Below, piece by piece: positions 27,685 to 38,300 of a stretch of DNA of 53,237 nucleotides; positions within the stretch are counted from its first letter, which is position 1; each line of letters opens with the position of its first letter. The notes below the pieces were generated by a model. The model was not told where the DNA came from. It did not search any database and saw only the letters and a list, made by a program, of their open reading frames with translations. Origin of the DNA: a virus (taxonomy: Duplodnaviria > Caudoviricetes); the IMG/VR virus record IMGVR_UViG_3300033153_002781, positions 1 to 53,237 of that record. One strand, given 5' to 3'. The position numbers and the translations under genes were made by a program.

Positions 27685-29452
27685 TGGCTCTGATAATAAG
27701 AGTTTATTGCCACCATATATGAACGATTCTAGACACACCGGTAAGTATGTTGGCACATTGGAATATGGAAAGGACTATAATGGAAACTATGTATGGATTG
27801 TCAAGGCGAAACCGCATGTTATAATGATGATTAAGAGATTGTTCCCGTCCTCTAGGACTGGTAGGAAAGGATGCTCATACATCTCTGATAACAGGCGATT
27901 AATCGCCGATCTCAATTGGCTCATGCAAAGATACCCATTGAAGATTAAGGATAAGGAACGCTGGCATGAAGCCTATATGGATGCCGTTGATTATGTTATA
28001 GGGAAGGAACTAATCAATAAGAAGAGAGGTAAGGTGAAACCCTCATCTGATTTTAAAGGCGAACTGATGGACTTCCAGAAACAAGGCTTGGCCTACATGC
28101 TACATAACAAGATGTGTATCCTAGCTGATGAGATGGGCTTAGGTAAAACAGTCCAGGCTCTAGCTCTCTTATCAAAGAATGGCAAATACCCAGCTCTGAT
28201 TGTTGTTCCACCACATTTGATATTACAATGGAAATCAGAAATACATAAATTCCTTGGTGAAGACATTGACATTCATGTAATCAATGGGTTGAAGCCATAT
28301 CCTATCCCTGATGCCGATATCTACATAATTTATTATTTGGTCATCCGGGCTTGGTTTGATCCATTGATTGAGAAGCATTTCGATACCATCATATTTGATG
28401 AATGCCAGGAACTAAGAAGGAATCAATCACAAAAGTATAGAGCTATTAGGGAATTGGTACTTCAGGGACAACCGAAACACAGTATTGGACTTAGTGGAAC
28501 ACCAATTTACAATTACTATGATGAAATATACAATGTTCTCGAGGGTTTATATCCTGATTCATTGGGGAATTCAAAATATTTCTACAAGGAATGGAAGCCA
28601 GATTATGATAACCCAGAATTCAAAGGTGATTGGCGGCTGGCCAGTATAGTGAAAAGTAAAGAATTAGGTGAATATCTGATGGATGAAGGTCTTATGCTTC
28701 GAAGGAAAAAGGCTGAAGTCCTTACTGAATTACCTCCAAAGAGCAGATCCGTTCAAGTCATCGACTTGGATAAGAATCTTTTCATTAAGATGGTATCTGA
28801 ACAAGTATCAATATCACACGAGATCTTAATAAATAAGAGAGAACCAAACCAAATGATGAAGCTGATGAATGTAGTCAACAACATAAGGAGAGCCAGTGGA
28901 ATCGCAAAGGCACAACATGTCGCTGAATTTGTAAAACCGATATTGGAAGCTGGCGAACCATGTCTATTATATGCACACCATCATGACGTTATGGATTTGT
29001 ATGGATTGTATCTTAATCAATTCGATCCATTATTTCTGACAGGTAAGGTTAAAACTGCAGATAAGCAAAAGAATGTGGATTCATTCATGAAAGGTCACAA
29101 TAATCTTCTTTGTATCAACCTAAGAACCACGGCCGGACTTAATCTACATAGAGCTAGATGTGTGGTATTCGGTGAATTAGATTGGTCACCGGCTGTTCAT
29201 GCTCAAGCTGAAGACCGCGTTCATAGGATAGGGCAAAAGAACAATGTACTAGCCTATTATCTTATAGCCAAAACACCTAGTGATGAAGAGATCATGGGCT
29301 GCTTGGGTTTAAAGCACTCACAATTCAAAGGATTGATGGGTGATCCCCAATTCGATACTGCTGATGCTGGAACTATAGAATCAACAAAATTCATGTGGAA
29401 CATCATCAACAAAATTCAGAATAATTCAGGATTGGATATCGTGGGGGAATAA
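27677..29452 (+). CDS. SNF2-family (SMARCAL1/HARP-like) helicase
   Basis: LADEMGLGKT, DECQ, LSGTP, LRRKK, GLNL, QAEDRVHRIGQ; ATG at 27677. Confidence 0.95.
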   Translation: MDSGSDNKSLLPPYMNDSRHTGKYVGTLEYGKDYNGNYVWIVKAKPHVIMMIKRLFPSSRTGRKGCSYISDNRRLIADLNWLMQRYPLKIKDKERWHEAYMDAVDYVIGKELINKKRGKVKPSSDFKGELMDFQKQGLAYMLHNKMCILADEMGLGKTVQALALLSKNGKYPALIVVPPHLILQWKSEIHKFLGEDIDIHVINGLKPYPIPDADIYIIYYLVIRAWFDPLIEKHFDTIIFDECQELRRNQSQKYRAIRELVLQGQPKHSIGLSGTPIYNYYDEIYNVLEGLYPDSLGNSKYFYKEWKPDYDNPEFKGDWRLASIVKSKELGEYLMDEGLMLRRKKAEVLTELPPKSRSVQVIDLDKNLFIKMVSEQVSISHEILINKREPNQMMKLMNVVNNIRRASGIAKAQHVAEFVKPILEAGEPCLLYAHHHDVMDLYGLYLNQFDPLFLTGKVKTADKQKNVDSFMKGHNNLLCINLRTTAGLNLHRARCVVFGELDWSPAVHAQAEDRVHRIGQKNNVLAYYLIAKTPSDEEIMGCLGLKHSQFKGLMGDPQFDTADAGTIESTKFMWNIINKIQNNSGLDIVGE

Positions 29453-29456
29453 TAGA

Positions 29457-29648
29457 ATGAAGCCAGATAAGATTGGTAAAGAATTGGTTGTCATCATATC
29501 AGAGAATGATGGTAAGACAGAAACCGTCAGAGGCATAGTTACAGCCGTATTTGATGATGATCTCTTTGAGGTTACTGATAAGTGGGGAAATGTTTCAGAG
29601 TGGTCTAGACGGAACATCATAGGCATCAAATGGAAGGGTGATGTCTAA
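29457..29648 (+). CDS. Small beta-barrel (Sm/SH3-like) protein
   Basis: IGKELVVII...RGIVTAV...I.GI pattern. Confidence 0.5.
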   Translation: MKPDKIGKELVVIISENDGKTETVRGIVTAVFDDDLFEVTDKWGNVSEWSRRNIIGIKWKGDV

Positions 29649-29893
29649 TGGCATTGAACGATGAGCAGAAGCAAATTCTGTTGGACCAAGGATGGCAGGA
29701 ACACAATCCACCTAAGCCTGGTCTTTGGTCTAAGATGTTTGGTCAGAGGCTTCATTATGTTGATTGTAGAGGGCATTGGAGAGCTTATTCTTTTAATGAA
29801 GATGGTCAAGGTTCTCCATCTGATAAAGGTAATAAAATGCTGACAATGATTAAGGCACTAGCCGATGGTCAGAAAGGCTTGGGTGATTTCTGA
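29648..29893 (+). CDS. Hypothetical protein with C-terminal PIP-like motif
   Basis: Ends GQKGLGDF; coupled to the helicase gene. Confidence 0.7.
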   Translation: MALNDEQKQILLDQGWQEHNPPKPGLWSKMFGQRLHYVDCRGHWRAYSFNEDGQGSPSDKGNKMLTMIKALADGQKGLGDF

Positions 29894-31500
29894 TGCCTTT
29901 CAATCTACTGACTAGCCAACTCGATGAGGAGATAATAAAGCATCGGTATTTCGATGATGGAAAGGTCAGGGTTGACCTAATAGCTAGAGATATCATAAGT
30001 TCCATGAAATTGATTACCATTGTTGATAATGAAGAGATATTATATTATCAAGGCGGCATATATCTTCATGGTGGGAAAAAGAAGGTAAAGGAGATACTGA
30101 CAAAGAAATTAGGCCAGTATTTAAAGATTTATCATATCAGAGAAATAATAGCACAAATCCAAGCTCGAACATATATAGATCGAGATGATATTAATAGTAA
30201 CCCAAAACTAATACACACAATGAATGGTATCTATGATATCGGCACATCTGAGTTTATGGATTTCGATTCAGATATATATGTAACAAATAAAATTCCTGTA
30301 ATTTATAATCCGAAATCAAAATGTCCAAAGATCGATAAGTTTTTATCAGAAATATTGGATGAAAACGATAGGGTGATAATTTATGAGTTGATTGGATATT
30401 GTCTATATCGCGGATATCCTTTTCAGAAAGCCTTTGTCTTTGTAGCTGATGGATCAAACGGAAAGAGTGTATTGATTAATCTTCTTAAAGTGTTTATTGG
30501 TAAGACAAACACATCAAACATTCCATTGCAAGCATTGGAATATGATAGATTTGCCTCCTCCTCATTATATGGGAAGATGGTTAATTCCTTCTCAGAATTA
30601 TCAGACAAAGCCATGAAGAGCACTGGTGTATTCAAGGCTCTGACTGGTGGCGACACAATCAATGCTCAAAGGAAATTTGAGAATAGTTTCGGATTCGTCA
30701 ATTATGCTAAGTTGGTATTCTCATGCAATCAACTCCCATCGACCACGGATGACACAGATGCTTATTTCAGGCGTTGGATTATTATCAATTTCCCAAATAA
30801 ATTCGAGGGAAAGGATGCGGATCCAAACATCATAGATAAAATAACTACACAAGATGAGATGTCTGGATTGTTAAATGTGGCATTGGCTGAATTATCTAAG
30901 ATTATAGATTATGGTGGCTTAACACACTCTGAAACCACTGAAAAAACCAGAGAAAGATATAATCTTATGTCAGATTCATTAAGAGCATTTGTTGTTGATT
31001 GTATAGAAACTGATGCGGATTCATATATTATCAAAGATGACTTCTTTAATGCTTACTTGAAATATTGTGGTAAAGAGAACCTTCCGGATATAAGCAAGAC
31101 TATGGTTGGCCGGTCTTTGATGAAAATTTCTAATGCCGCATCAGAGGATAGATTTACAACACCTATTGGCCGTAAAACGGTCTGGAAGGGCATTAAATTC
31201 AAAGATGGCTGCGAGTTCGGTAAAAATCAAGTCGTTGATACTGTTGATACTGAAACAGAATCATCAGATCCAAATAGCCTAGATGATTATGAAGATGATG
31301 AACAATTATCACAGCACGATAGGATGAATATTATAAGAGATATCTTTATAAATAATCCAGATGGTATTACTGAAAAGGAACTAATAATTAAGATAGATGG
31401 TAGGATGGATAAAGGAGAGTTTAGAGCTTGCATTAGACACTATAAAGAGAAGGGTAATGTAGTTCAGATGGGTAATGTATATCAATGGTATGAAGATTGA
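29893..31500 (+). CDS. D5/P4-family SF3 helicase without primase domain
   Basis: D5_N-like region, ADGSNGKS Walker A, FKALTGGD, FSCNQLP, YFRRW, C-terminal winged-helix-like domains. Confidence 0.92.
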   Translation: MPFNLLTSQLDEEIIKHRYFDDGKVRVDLIARDIISSMKLITIVDNEEILYYQGGIYLHGGKKKVKEILTKKLGQYLKIYHIREIIAQIQARTYIDRDDINSNPKLIHTMNGIYDIGTSEFMDFDSDIYVTNKIPVIYNPKSKCPKIDKFLSEILDENDRVIIYELIGYCLYRGYPFQKAFVFVADGSNGKSVLINLLKVFIGKTNTSNIPLQALEYDRFASSSLYGKMVNSFSELSDKAMKSTGVFKALTGGDTINAQRKFENSFGFVNYAKLVFSCNQLPSTTDDTDAYFRRWIIINFPNKFEGKDADPNIIDKITTQDEMSGLLNVALAELSKIIDYGGLTHSETTEKTRERYNLMSDSLRAFVVDCIETDADSYIIKDDFFNAYLKYCGKENLPDISKTMVGRSLMKISNAASEDRFTTPIGRKTVWKGIKFKDGCEFGKNQVVDTVDTETESSDPNSLDDYEDDEQLSQHDRMNIIRDIFINNPDGITEKELIIKIDGRMDKGEFRACIRHYKEKGNVVQMGNVYQWYED

Positions 31501-31511
31501 GGTGGAATAAG

Positions 31512-33671
31512 ATGGCTAAAAGTCTATTCTGTAAGAAGTGTCGAATGCTCATCAGCAATGGCATATGTGCCTGTAATCGATCTAGGACTGTTATTGGTAA
31601 CAAGCAATACAGGATTCATTATGGGCACTCTAAACCATTATGTGCGATACCAGCAATAGAACCTTCATTGACTACAAATTGGGATATAGTTACATGTCAA
31701 AAGTGCCTTAAAAAACGATAAATACCATGACCGCCGTAATACATCGGTACTTATATATACTACATACCCCTTACTAAGTGACGGTGATAATTTGACAACA
31801 ACATTAATTGAATCAGGAAATGGAGCAGGAATTGAGACTGGATATACACACAGTATGATGAGTGGTAGAAAACCAACAAAGGATGAAGTTGCAAGGTTTG
31901 AGAACGATGGATTGTTTCTTGAACACAGTGGTAACTGCACATCAAAGATAGCCGCCAAGAAGTTGACATATAAATACAACCCATGTAACAGTTGCAGGAA
32001 GGCCATGATGTGTATGATGACTGACTACACAAGAAAATCATTGGGACTGGAGGTGGCTTAAATGAATGGTTCTGAGGCAGAGAACGAGATAATACATGGA
32101 ATTTACAAAGCTACCACAATGTTTGCATATGGAGATGAAACATTAGAGCATTTTGAGGCATGTGGAATAGAGAATATGGCGTGGGAAACGTATGAGAAAG
32201 GGGTGTCCTGAATGAACAAGTGTTGCATAAAAACAATGGAGCGCATGATGGCAAAGATAAAGGCAGACCCATTCAATACGGCTGTGGCTGGTGCGGGTTG
32301 CCCACGTTGCCATACATACATAACCGTAGAGGTAAGGGAAGGGGTGAGGCAATGAACTCAGAATCCATCGAGCAGACCAAGCTACTTCTCAGACAGGTCT
32401 TAGATCGCGCCTCCAAGCATCCTTACAATGAAATTAGACTATCGCATGATGAGAGGATAGCCATTCGTATGGCTCATGATTTGATGGGAGTTGATGATAA
32501 ACATGAGGATGCTTGTCCAAATTGTGGTTCAAGGAAACTTCCAGTTGTTAAAGCTCAGGAGATTAGAGACAGACAACCACAACCAGCAAAGGAGATATGT
32601 CCAGACTGCGGATACAAAAACCCAAAGGTGATATGATGATAATCAAGAGTAGGAAAGCAAAGAGAGATGAAAGGAAAATAGACAACGCGGAAAGAAACCG
32701 AGCATTCTGGGATCCATATCATGAGGATGCAAAGAAAAGAATGGGGTCGAAATAATGCAATACGGTGACAAGAGAAAATACGAATGCGATGGCTGCGGAG
32801 CAGTCACATACTTCAAAGGTGAGCCAGAGGATCGACCACATCCTAACTGTCCAAAGAAAGGCACTTACAGGGACATAGAGTTGAGGATGAAATGCCCCGG
32901 GTGCAAGAACATCATCAAGAGAGAGAGCACCGATAGCCAATGGAAGTGTAAGGCTTGTGGGCATAGGGAGTTTGTTTAATGATTGTCATGCCTGAGATAA
33001 GGATTGTGGGTGATTACTTCGCCTTTGTCTTCAGGGCATATAAGAAAGTGATTCATACCTCTAAGCTGTATCCAACATTGGAACAGGCCAGAGATGAGGC
33101 TTACATCTTCAAGAAGAGCATGGGGTGGGCTTGATGAGAATTAAACAGTGTGGTCATTGTGGTAACATATATGCTAATGGCAATACTTTTTGTCCTGTGT
33201 GTGAAAGGAAATCTTGTTTCGTATTTGATGTTGAGTGTGAGGTGGTCGAATGAAATCAGATCCAAATCAATGCCGGCACAATCCAAAGATTGTTTGCGGA
33301 ATAATGAATTTAATATCAAACTGTCCGTATCCGATAGAAGGCGATTGCATAGCGATTAGCGCAATCAATCTCTTAGGTCGAGTAAACACTGTCACCGGAA
33401 TCATAACCTTACAGAAATACCGCTACATCCCTGCACAAATCCACATCAGGATACTTGATGATAACATGTGCGATGAATGCCGTGTAATCTGGAAAACGCC
33501 GATGGTGTGTCCTATCTGCAATGCAGAGGAATGATTGCTATGACACGATACACTTGTCCGAAATGCCGATTCATCACTTCAACAAAGCATATCCCATCCT
33601 TAGATGATGGCAAGCAGCCATGTAAGAAATGCGGAACCATAATGAAAGTAGATAAGGTGACCACCAAATGA
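31512..33671 (+). CDS. Cluster of ~11 small ORFs, most with CxxC Zn fingers (starts 31512, 31792, 32062, 32212, 32352, 32633, 32755, 32979, 33134, 33250, 33531)
   Basis: Hand translation; start/stop overlaps; GAGGTG/GGTGA RBS; motifs such as CPNCG, CPDCG, CDGCG, CPVC, CPKC. Confidence 0.7.
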
Positions 33672-34066
33672 TAAGAATCACTGTAACGGGGGACACCTAT
33701 CCTATCAGGAAACGCCTGAAGGATGGCCATTTCAAATGGGCAAAGGATTTCAAGGCGTGGTATAGGGTTGTGGGCGAAGGCTCTTTAAACGCTACCCTAG
33801 AGGCACTGAGGCCAATGAGATCATGGGTTGACCAATCATATCCTGTAGTGGTATGTAAACTAGAAGCCATCGGTGTCGATGGAAAGAAGATGAGTGATAA
33901 GTCCTGTGCTATTAAGCTCAGGCCAGAGGGTGAATTGGGAGGGACTAACTTCTTAGAACTGTTTCAAAAGGAAGTTGATGTTCGATTATCACCAAATGAT
34001 TGTTCCCCTTCCACACCTGACTCTGAAAAGAAAGAGAAGAAATATGATTGGGATGGATTCTATTGA
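33668..34066 (+). CDS. Protein with HARP-like N-terminal domain
   Basis: GDTYPIRKRLKDGHFKWAKDFKAWY motif. Confidence 0.55.
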   Translation: MIRITVTGDTYPIRKRLKDGHFKWAKDFKAWYRVVGEGSLNATLEALRPMRSWVDQSYPVVVCKLEAIGVDGKKMSDKSCAIKLRPEGELGGTNFLELFQKEVDVRLSPNDCSPSTPDSEKKEKKYDWDGFY

Positions 34067-34911
34067 GTAATCAATTAACATTAGATGGTGGAACCACGAC
34101 AGATGAATTTGAAAAATACTTACTGAAAATAGCCAGAGTATATGGTCTTGAAAATGTTGTTTTCGGATGTTCTTTCGGTGATGATAGTGTAATGTTAACT
34201 GATAAAGCTGTAGAAATGTTTGGATCGGATATTTGTGTAATCTTTGAAAATACACATATTCAATTTGGTGAAACATATAAATACGGTAGCAAAATGAGAG
34301 AATACTGGGGTTTGACTAATTATCATGAAACACAACCAGATGAGAATTTCATTGATATCACAAACAGAATAGGGTTGCATGGCATAGCAAAGAACAAAAT
34401 GATATGCTGTAGTGGATTGAAAAACGAACCTCTGGCAAAGTGGATGAAGGCCAATAAAAAGAAGTGTACTATTACTGGTTTAAGGCGTTCTGAAGCAAGA
34501 CGAAATAACTGTTATTCAATGATCAATCACCATGAAAAGAGAGACATATGGTATGCTTCACCTATGCTGTATTTGACTGATTATGATGTGCAGGATTATT
34601 ATGATTCAACAGGAATACCAAAGCACCCACTTTATTTAGAGCCATATTTTGCGGATAGAACTGGCTGTGCACCATGTCCAATGACATTGAAATTACAATG
34701 CTATGGAAAACACAACAGTTATTATGATTGGCTGAAAGAACATTTTCCAAGATGGTATAAATTCGCTTGGATATGTCAGAAACGATTTTACGAAAAGAAA
34801 TGTTCTGGGGGGGGGGATATGAGAGGATATGGGACACATATATATCGGCATGAATGGGAGTGGCCGTTCCCAACAATAGAACAAAAAGAAATTCCAGACG
34901 GTGGTAAATAA
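34063..34911 (+). CDS. PAPS-reductase-family (PP-loop, Fe-S) protein
   Basis: SFGDDS, ICCSGLK.EP, TGLRRSE, HPLY, RTGCAPCP; TTG start at 34063 overlaps the upstream TGA. Confidence 0.88.
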   Translation: MSNQLTLDGGTTTDEFEKYLLKIARVYGLENVVFGCSFGDDSVMLTDKAVEMFGSDICVIFENTHIQFGETYKYGSKMREYWGLTNYHETQPDENFIDITNRIGLHGIAKNKMICCSGLKNEPLAKWMKANKKKCTITGLRRSEARRNNCYSMINHHEKRDIWYASPMLYLTDYDVQDYYDSTGIPKHPLYLEPYFADRTGCAPCPMTLKLQCYGKHNSYYDWLKEHFPRWYKFAWICQKRFYEKKCSGGGDMRGYGTHIYRHEWEWPFPTIEQKEIPDGGK

Positions 34912-35459
34912 TGGAGTCCGTGGAACCTCTTGGAATCAAGGGTGATGAGCAAGCCTACAGAGTTATCATAGGTGATGCTACAGAAATCATGATGTACAAC
35001 AGTGTCAAAGACCTATACCAATGCATAACATCTCGTAGAATGGTCTCTGAGCACCTTGCATTGTTTGAACAATATCTCGAGACAAGAGACTCATCATTCA
35101 GATGGATGAATTATATAGGATACACTCTCACTCACTTTTACAGAGGTCTGTATTATGATTTGTGGATGGTCATCACCATTGGTAACATCACTAAGCCAAA
35201 GAGGTATGATAAGGATAGGCTCATCAAGATTATAAATGAGAAACTTAAGGCCATGACATTCTATGAGATCGGATATCTATCGTTGATGGGATTGCCTGTT
35301 GATTTGGATGAGGACTATCTTAATCCAGACTGGTCAAATGCAAGGGATTGGGTGTTGTCAAGTGGTGCATTGGCTGTGCTATATGAGCGAGATGAATTCA
35401 TATGCAATGATGAGCAGAACGAACTTCTAAGGAAGGCTACAATTGATGGAAAGATATAA
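34911..35459 (+). CDS. Hypothetical protein
   Basis: 182-aa coupled ORF. Confidence 0.7.
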   Translation: MESVEPLGIKGDEQAYRVIIGDATEIMMYNSVKDLYQCITSRRMVSEHLALFEQYLETRDSSFRWMNYIGYTLTHFYRGLYYDLWMVITIGNITKPKRYDKDRLIKIINEKLKAMTFYEIGYLSLMGLPVDLDEDYLNPDWSNARDWVLSSGALAVLYERDEFICNDEQNELLRKATIDGKI

Positions 35460-35492
35460 GTACATCTGTAATATTACCGTAATCCGATAACT

Positions 35493-35684
35493 ATGACAGA
35501 AACCATTCCAGAAGATTTCCAATATGCAGGAAAAAGAAAGGTAATGAAGCAAGGCAATTCAACTGTAATTGGCCTACCCAAGCACATCATTGAGAGCGAA
35601 GGGCTAAAAAGGGGCGATGGTGTCAAACTTTATTCCAACGGTAACGGCCAGATATTGATTGACCTGAAGCCAGATGAGGAGTGA
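35493..35684 (+). CDS. AbrB/MazE-type transcription regulator
   Basis: RKVMKQGNSTVIGLPK...GLKRGD.V; TATA-like AAAGATATAAGTA upstream. Confidence 0.85.
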   Translation: MTETIPEDFQYAGKRKVMKQGNSTVIGLPKHIIESEGLKRGDGVKLYSNGNGQILIDLKPDEE

Positions 35685-36045
35685 TACAATGCCAGAACAA
35701 ATGCTACAGATAACTGATGATGGTGAAGTGATAAAGCTAATGGAGAATCTGTTTCCAGACTTCAAAGGGAGGATAAAGAGAGTGAAGTGCATGATACCAG
35801 GCGTGTGTTATGATACACCACCATCGAATGTCTCTGTTGATGTCCTTAATGTAATGGTGGAATTACATGATGATGATCCGCGAATGGCTGAGATAGAAAT
35901 AGAGATGGAGGAAGAACAGGAAAGGCTAAAGGCAGAGGCTGAATCTGATGCTATAGATGAAGCAGAACATCAGGCCGAGATGGATGCGGCTGGTGATGAG
36001 GAGAGAGCTAGGCAGTATGAAGAAGATGGGGAGATGTTCACATGA
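35674..36045 (+). CDS. Hypothetical protein with acidic C-terminus
   Basis: Operon member. Confidence 0.7.
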   Translation: MRSDTMPEQMLQITDDGEVIKLMENLFPDFKGRIKRVKCMIPGVCYDTPPSNVSVDVLNVMVELHDDDPRMAEIEIEMEEEQERLKAEAESDAIDEAEHQAEMDAAGDEERARQYEEDGEMFT

Positions 36046-36929
36046 AAGGCTACAAGATGGTCAGAGATAATTACACCGCGTTCTATGATATGACAACGAA
36101 ATACACAGTTGGTGAAACAATTGAAATCAAGAATCCAGCACCAGCAAGCGAAGGCAAATATGCAAGTGGATTACATATCTCTAAAGAACCTCACAATCCT
36201 CTTAATTACAATGCTAAATACCCTTGGAGATTATTGGAGGTATCATACAATAAAAAAGATATCATCTTTGAAAGCGATGATAAGATAAGGGTTAGGAAAC
36301 TGAAGGTAATTAAGGAACTCGAACCTTGGGAAATCGGATTGCCGGATTCCAAGCGTGTCTTTGATAAAATAGCTGCCACATCCGAGATAAGAATGAGAGC
36401 ACAGACTGAAGCTAGAAAGAAGAAAATAGAAAAACTTGTAGGACAACATGTAGCTAGATTGAACCGTTACTATGGTGAACAAAAGGTCATTCTTAAAGGT
36501 GTCAGATTCTACACTATAAAAGAATGGGCTAGTGTCTGGGCTAGTGTCTGGGATAGTGTCTGGGATAGTGTCAGGGCTAGTGTCAGGGATAGTGTCTGGG
36601 CTAGTGTCAGGGATAGTGTCTGGGCTAGTGTCTGGGATAGTGTCTGGGCTAGTGTCTGGGATAGTGTCAGGGCTAGTGTCAGGGCTAGTGTCAGGGCTAG
36701 TGTCAGGGCTAGTGTCAGGGATAGTGTCAGGGATAGTGTCTGGGCTAGTGTCAGGGCTAGTGTCTGGGATAGTGTCTGGGCTAGTGTCTGGACATCTTTC
36801 GTAGAGAAAGATGCTTCTAACCCATTTTTACCATTGCAGAAAATATGTGAAACTGGTGGTGTGTTCTATGGCATTGACAAAGATGGGATTGCCCACATAA
36901 TCATGCCTGACAAATCGGAGGTGAATTAG
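36042..36929 (+). CDS. Protein with phage N-terminal domain (GLH motif) and SV(W/R)(A/D) tetrapeptide repeats
   Basis: KGYK...KYTVGET...SGLH...KIRVRKLKVIKEL followed by the repeat tract. Confidence 0.85.
   Translation: MKGYKMVRDNYTAFYDMTTKYTVGETIEIKNPAPASEGKYASGLHISKEPHNPLNYNAKYPWRLLEVSYNKKDIIFESDDKIRVRKLKVIKELEPWEIGLPDSKRVFDKIAATSEIRMRAQTEARKKKIEKLVGQHVARLNRYYGEQKVILKGVRFYTIKEWASVWASVWDSVWDSVRASVRDSVWASVRDSVWASVWDSVWASVWDSVRASVRASVRASVRASVRDSVRDSVWASVRASVWDSVWASVWTSFVEKDASNPFLPLQKICETGGVFYGIDKDGIAHIIMPDKSEVN
36531..36791 (+). repeat. Tandem 12-bp repeat AGTGTC(T/A)GGG(C/A)T, 21 full copies plus one partial
   Basis: Counted directly: SVWA x6, SVWD x5, SVRA x6, SVRD x4. Confidence 0.97.
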
Positions 36930-38213
36930 ATGGAAAAGAATGAAACGACAGCATTGGCAACAACATTAGCGCAGGACAAGGAACTAGCTCAGATATTCAT
37001 GGACAGTGGTTTGTTCAAAGATACCAAGGCGATATCTCAGGCCATAGTAAAGATAATGGCTGGTAGGCAAATAGGACTGGATCCGTTTGAGTCTATGTCT
37101 GGACTCAATATCATCAGTGGCAACATAACTCTAAGTGGTAATGTTCAGGCAGCCAAGATCAAAGAGAATCCCAAATATGATTATAGAATCATCCAAGCCA
37201 ATTCAGAAATCTGTGAGATAGATTTCTTTCAGGATGGGGAAAAGATTGGAATATCTACTTACACAATAGAGGAAGTTAGGAACATAACATTTTGGGATAA
37301 GAAAGCAGCAAAGACTAAAAACCTAACTGAGAAAGATAACTGGAAGAATTACCCAAGCGACATGCTATTCAATCGTGCAATAAGTAGAGGTAGACGAAGG
37401 TTCACTCCAGATGTCTTTGGTTGCTTTAAGGTCTACGATCCAGAGGAATTGGGTGATGATGGAAGTAATGAGCCTATCAACATCACACCTCAGAGTGAGA
37501 AGCCAAAGACAAAACCAAAGAGTGATAAAAATATTGTTTCAAAGATATGCACAAACTGCAATGGTGTAATACCAAAGGATAGTGAAACGGGACTATGCGC
37601 CAGTTGTACGACTGGTAAGAAGGATGTTGTTATTGACATACCAAAGCAATCTAAAGAAGAGAAAGATGCAAATGAAGAATTCGTGGATGCTGAGTTCGAG
37701 GATAAGACAGATGATATCGAGGAGGATATCAATCATGATGATCCAGATGATAAAGAATGCCCAGAAATATGTGGTACAGCACCGGGTGTCGAACCAACAG
37801 GCGAAGCTAAGAAGTTAGTTGAGGCGACAAAAGAATCTATTGTGACACATGCTAACCACATCATACCAGAAGGCACGATATCATCTGACATGACACCAAG
37901 AGAAGCCTTGTCCAATATCCAAGATTATGCAATGAATGAGGTAATTGGTGATAAGGTTAAGCCAGTCATCATAGAGTATTGCCCCGAGTATGCTGATGAT
38001 AGATTTAAGACATACCACATTCCAGAGTCAGCTGTCGCTCAGATAGTTGAGGAATTATCTGGAATGAAACTCAAGCGCGTTGAACGTGCTAGGGCATGCA
38101 AGACTGATGGCTGCGGTAATAAGATGACCAAGCCAGAGGCAGAGGAACAGGTCGATGATGATGGTAAATCATTGTGCCGTACTTGTTTCGACAAGTATCT
38201 GGAGGAAAGCTAA
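36930..38213 (+). CDS. RecT-like single-strand annealing protein with C-terminal Zn fingers
   Basis: VKIMAG..IGLDP..S...II.G and W..YP..ML..RA..R..R...PDV; acidic linker; CxxC pairs. Confidence 0.75.
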   Translation: MEKNETTALATTLAQDKELAQIFMDSGLFKDTKAISQAIVKIMAGRQIGLDPFESMSGLNIISGNITLSGNVQAAKIKENPKYDYRIIQANSEICEIDFFQDGEKIGISTYTIEEVRNITFWDKKAAKTKNLTEKDNWKNYPSDMLFNRAISRGRRRFTPDVFGCFKVYDPEELGDDGSNEPINITPQSEKPKTKPKSDKNIVSKICTNCNGVIPKDSETGLCASCTTGKKDVVIDIPKQSKEEKDANEEFVDAEFEDKTDDIEEDINHDDPDDKECPEICGTAPGVEPTGEAKKLVEATKESIVTHANHIIPEGTISSDMTPREALSNIQDYAMNEVIGDKVKPVIIEYCPEYADDRFKTYHIPESAVAQIVEELSGMKLKRVERARACKTDGCGNKMTKPEAEEQVDDDGKSLCRTCFDKYLEES

Positions 38214-38231
38214 AGATTACTCTTCCCCCAC

Positions 38232-38266
38232 GAGGTTGGGTACAGCCCAACCTCACCTTTTATTTT
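38232..38266 (+). terminator. Hairpin plus T-tract
   Basis: GAGGTTGGG-TACAG-CCCAACCTC followed by ACCTTTTATTTT. Confidence 0.75.
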
Positions 38267-38300
38267 GGGGAGAATATCACTAACGATAGGTGGCAATCAA

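Noticed and set aside
36531-36791. CRISPR array or DGR variable region
   Set aside because: Units are contiguous 12-mers with no spacers and are in frame within a gene; no reverse transcriptase or template/variable repeat pair was seen.
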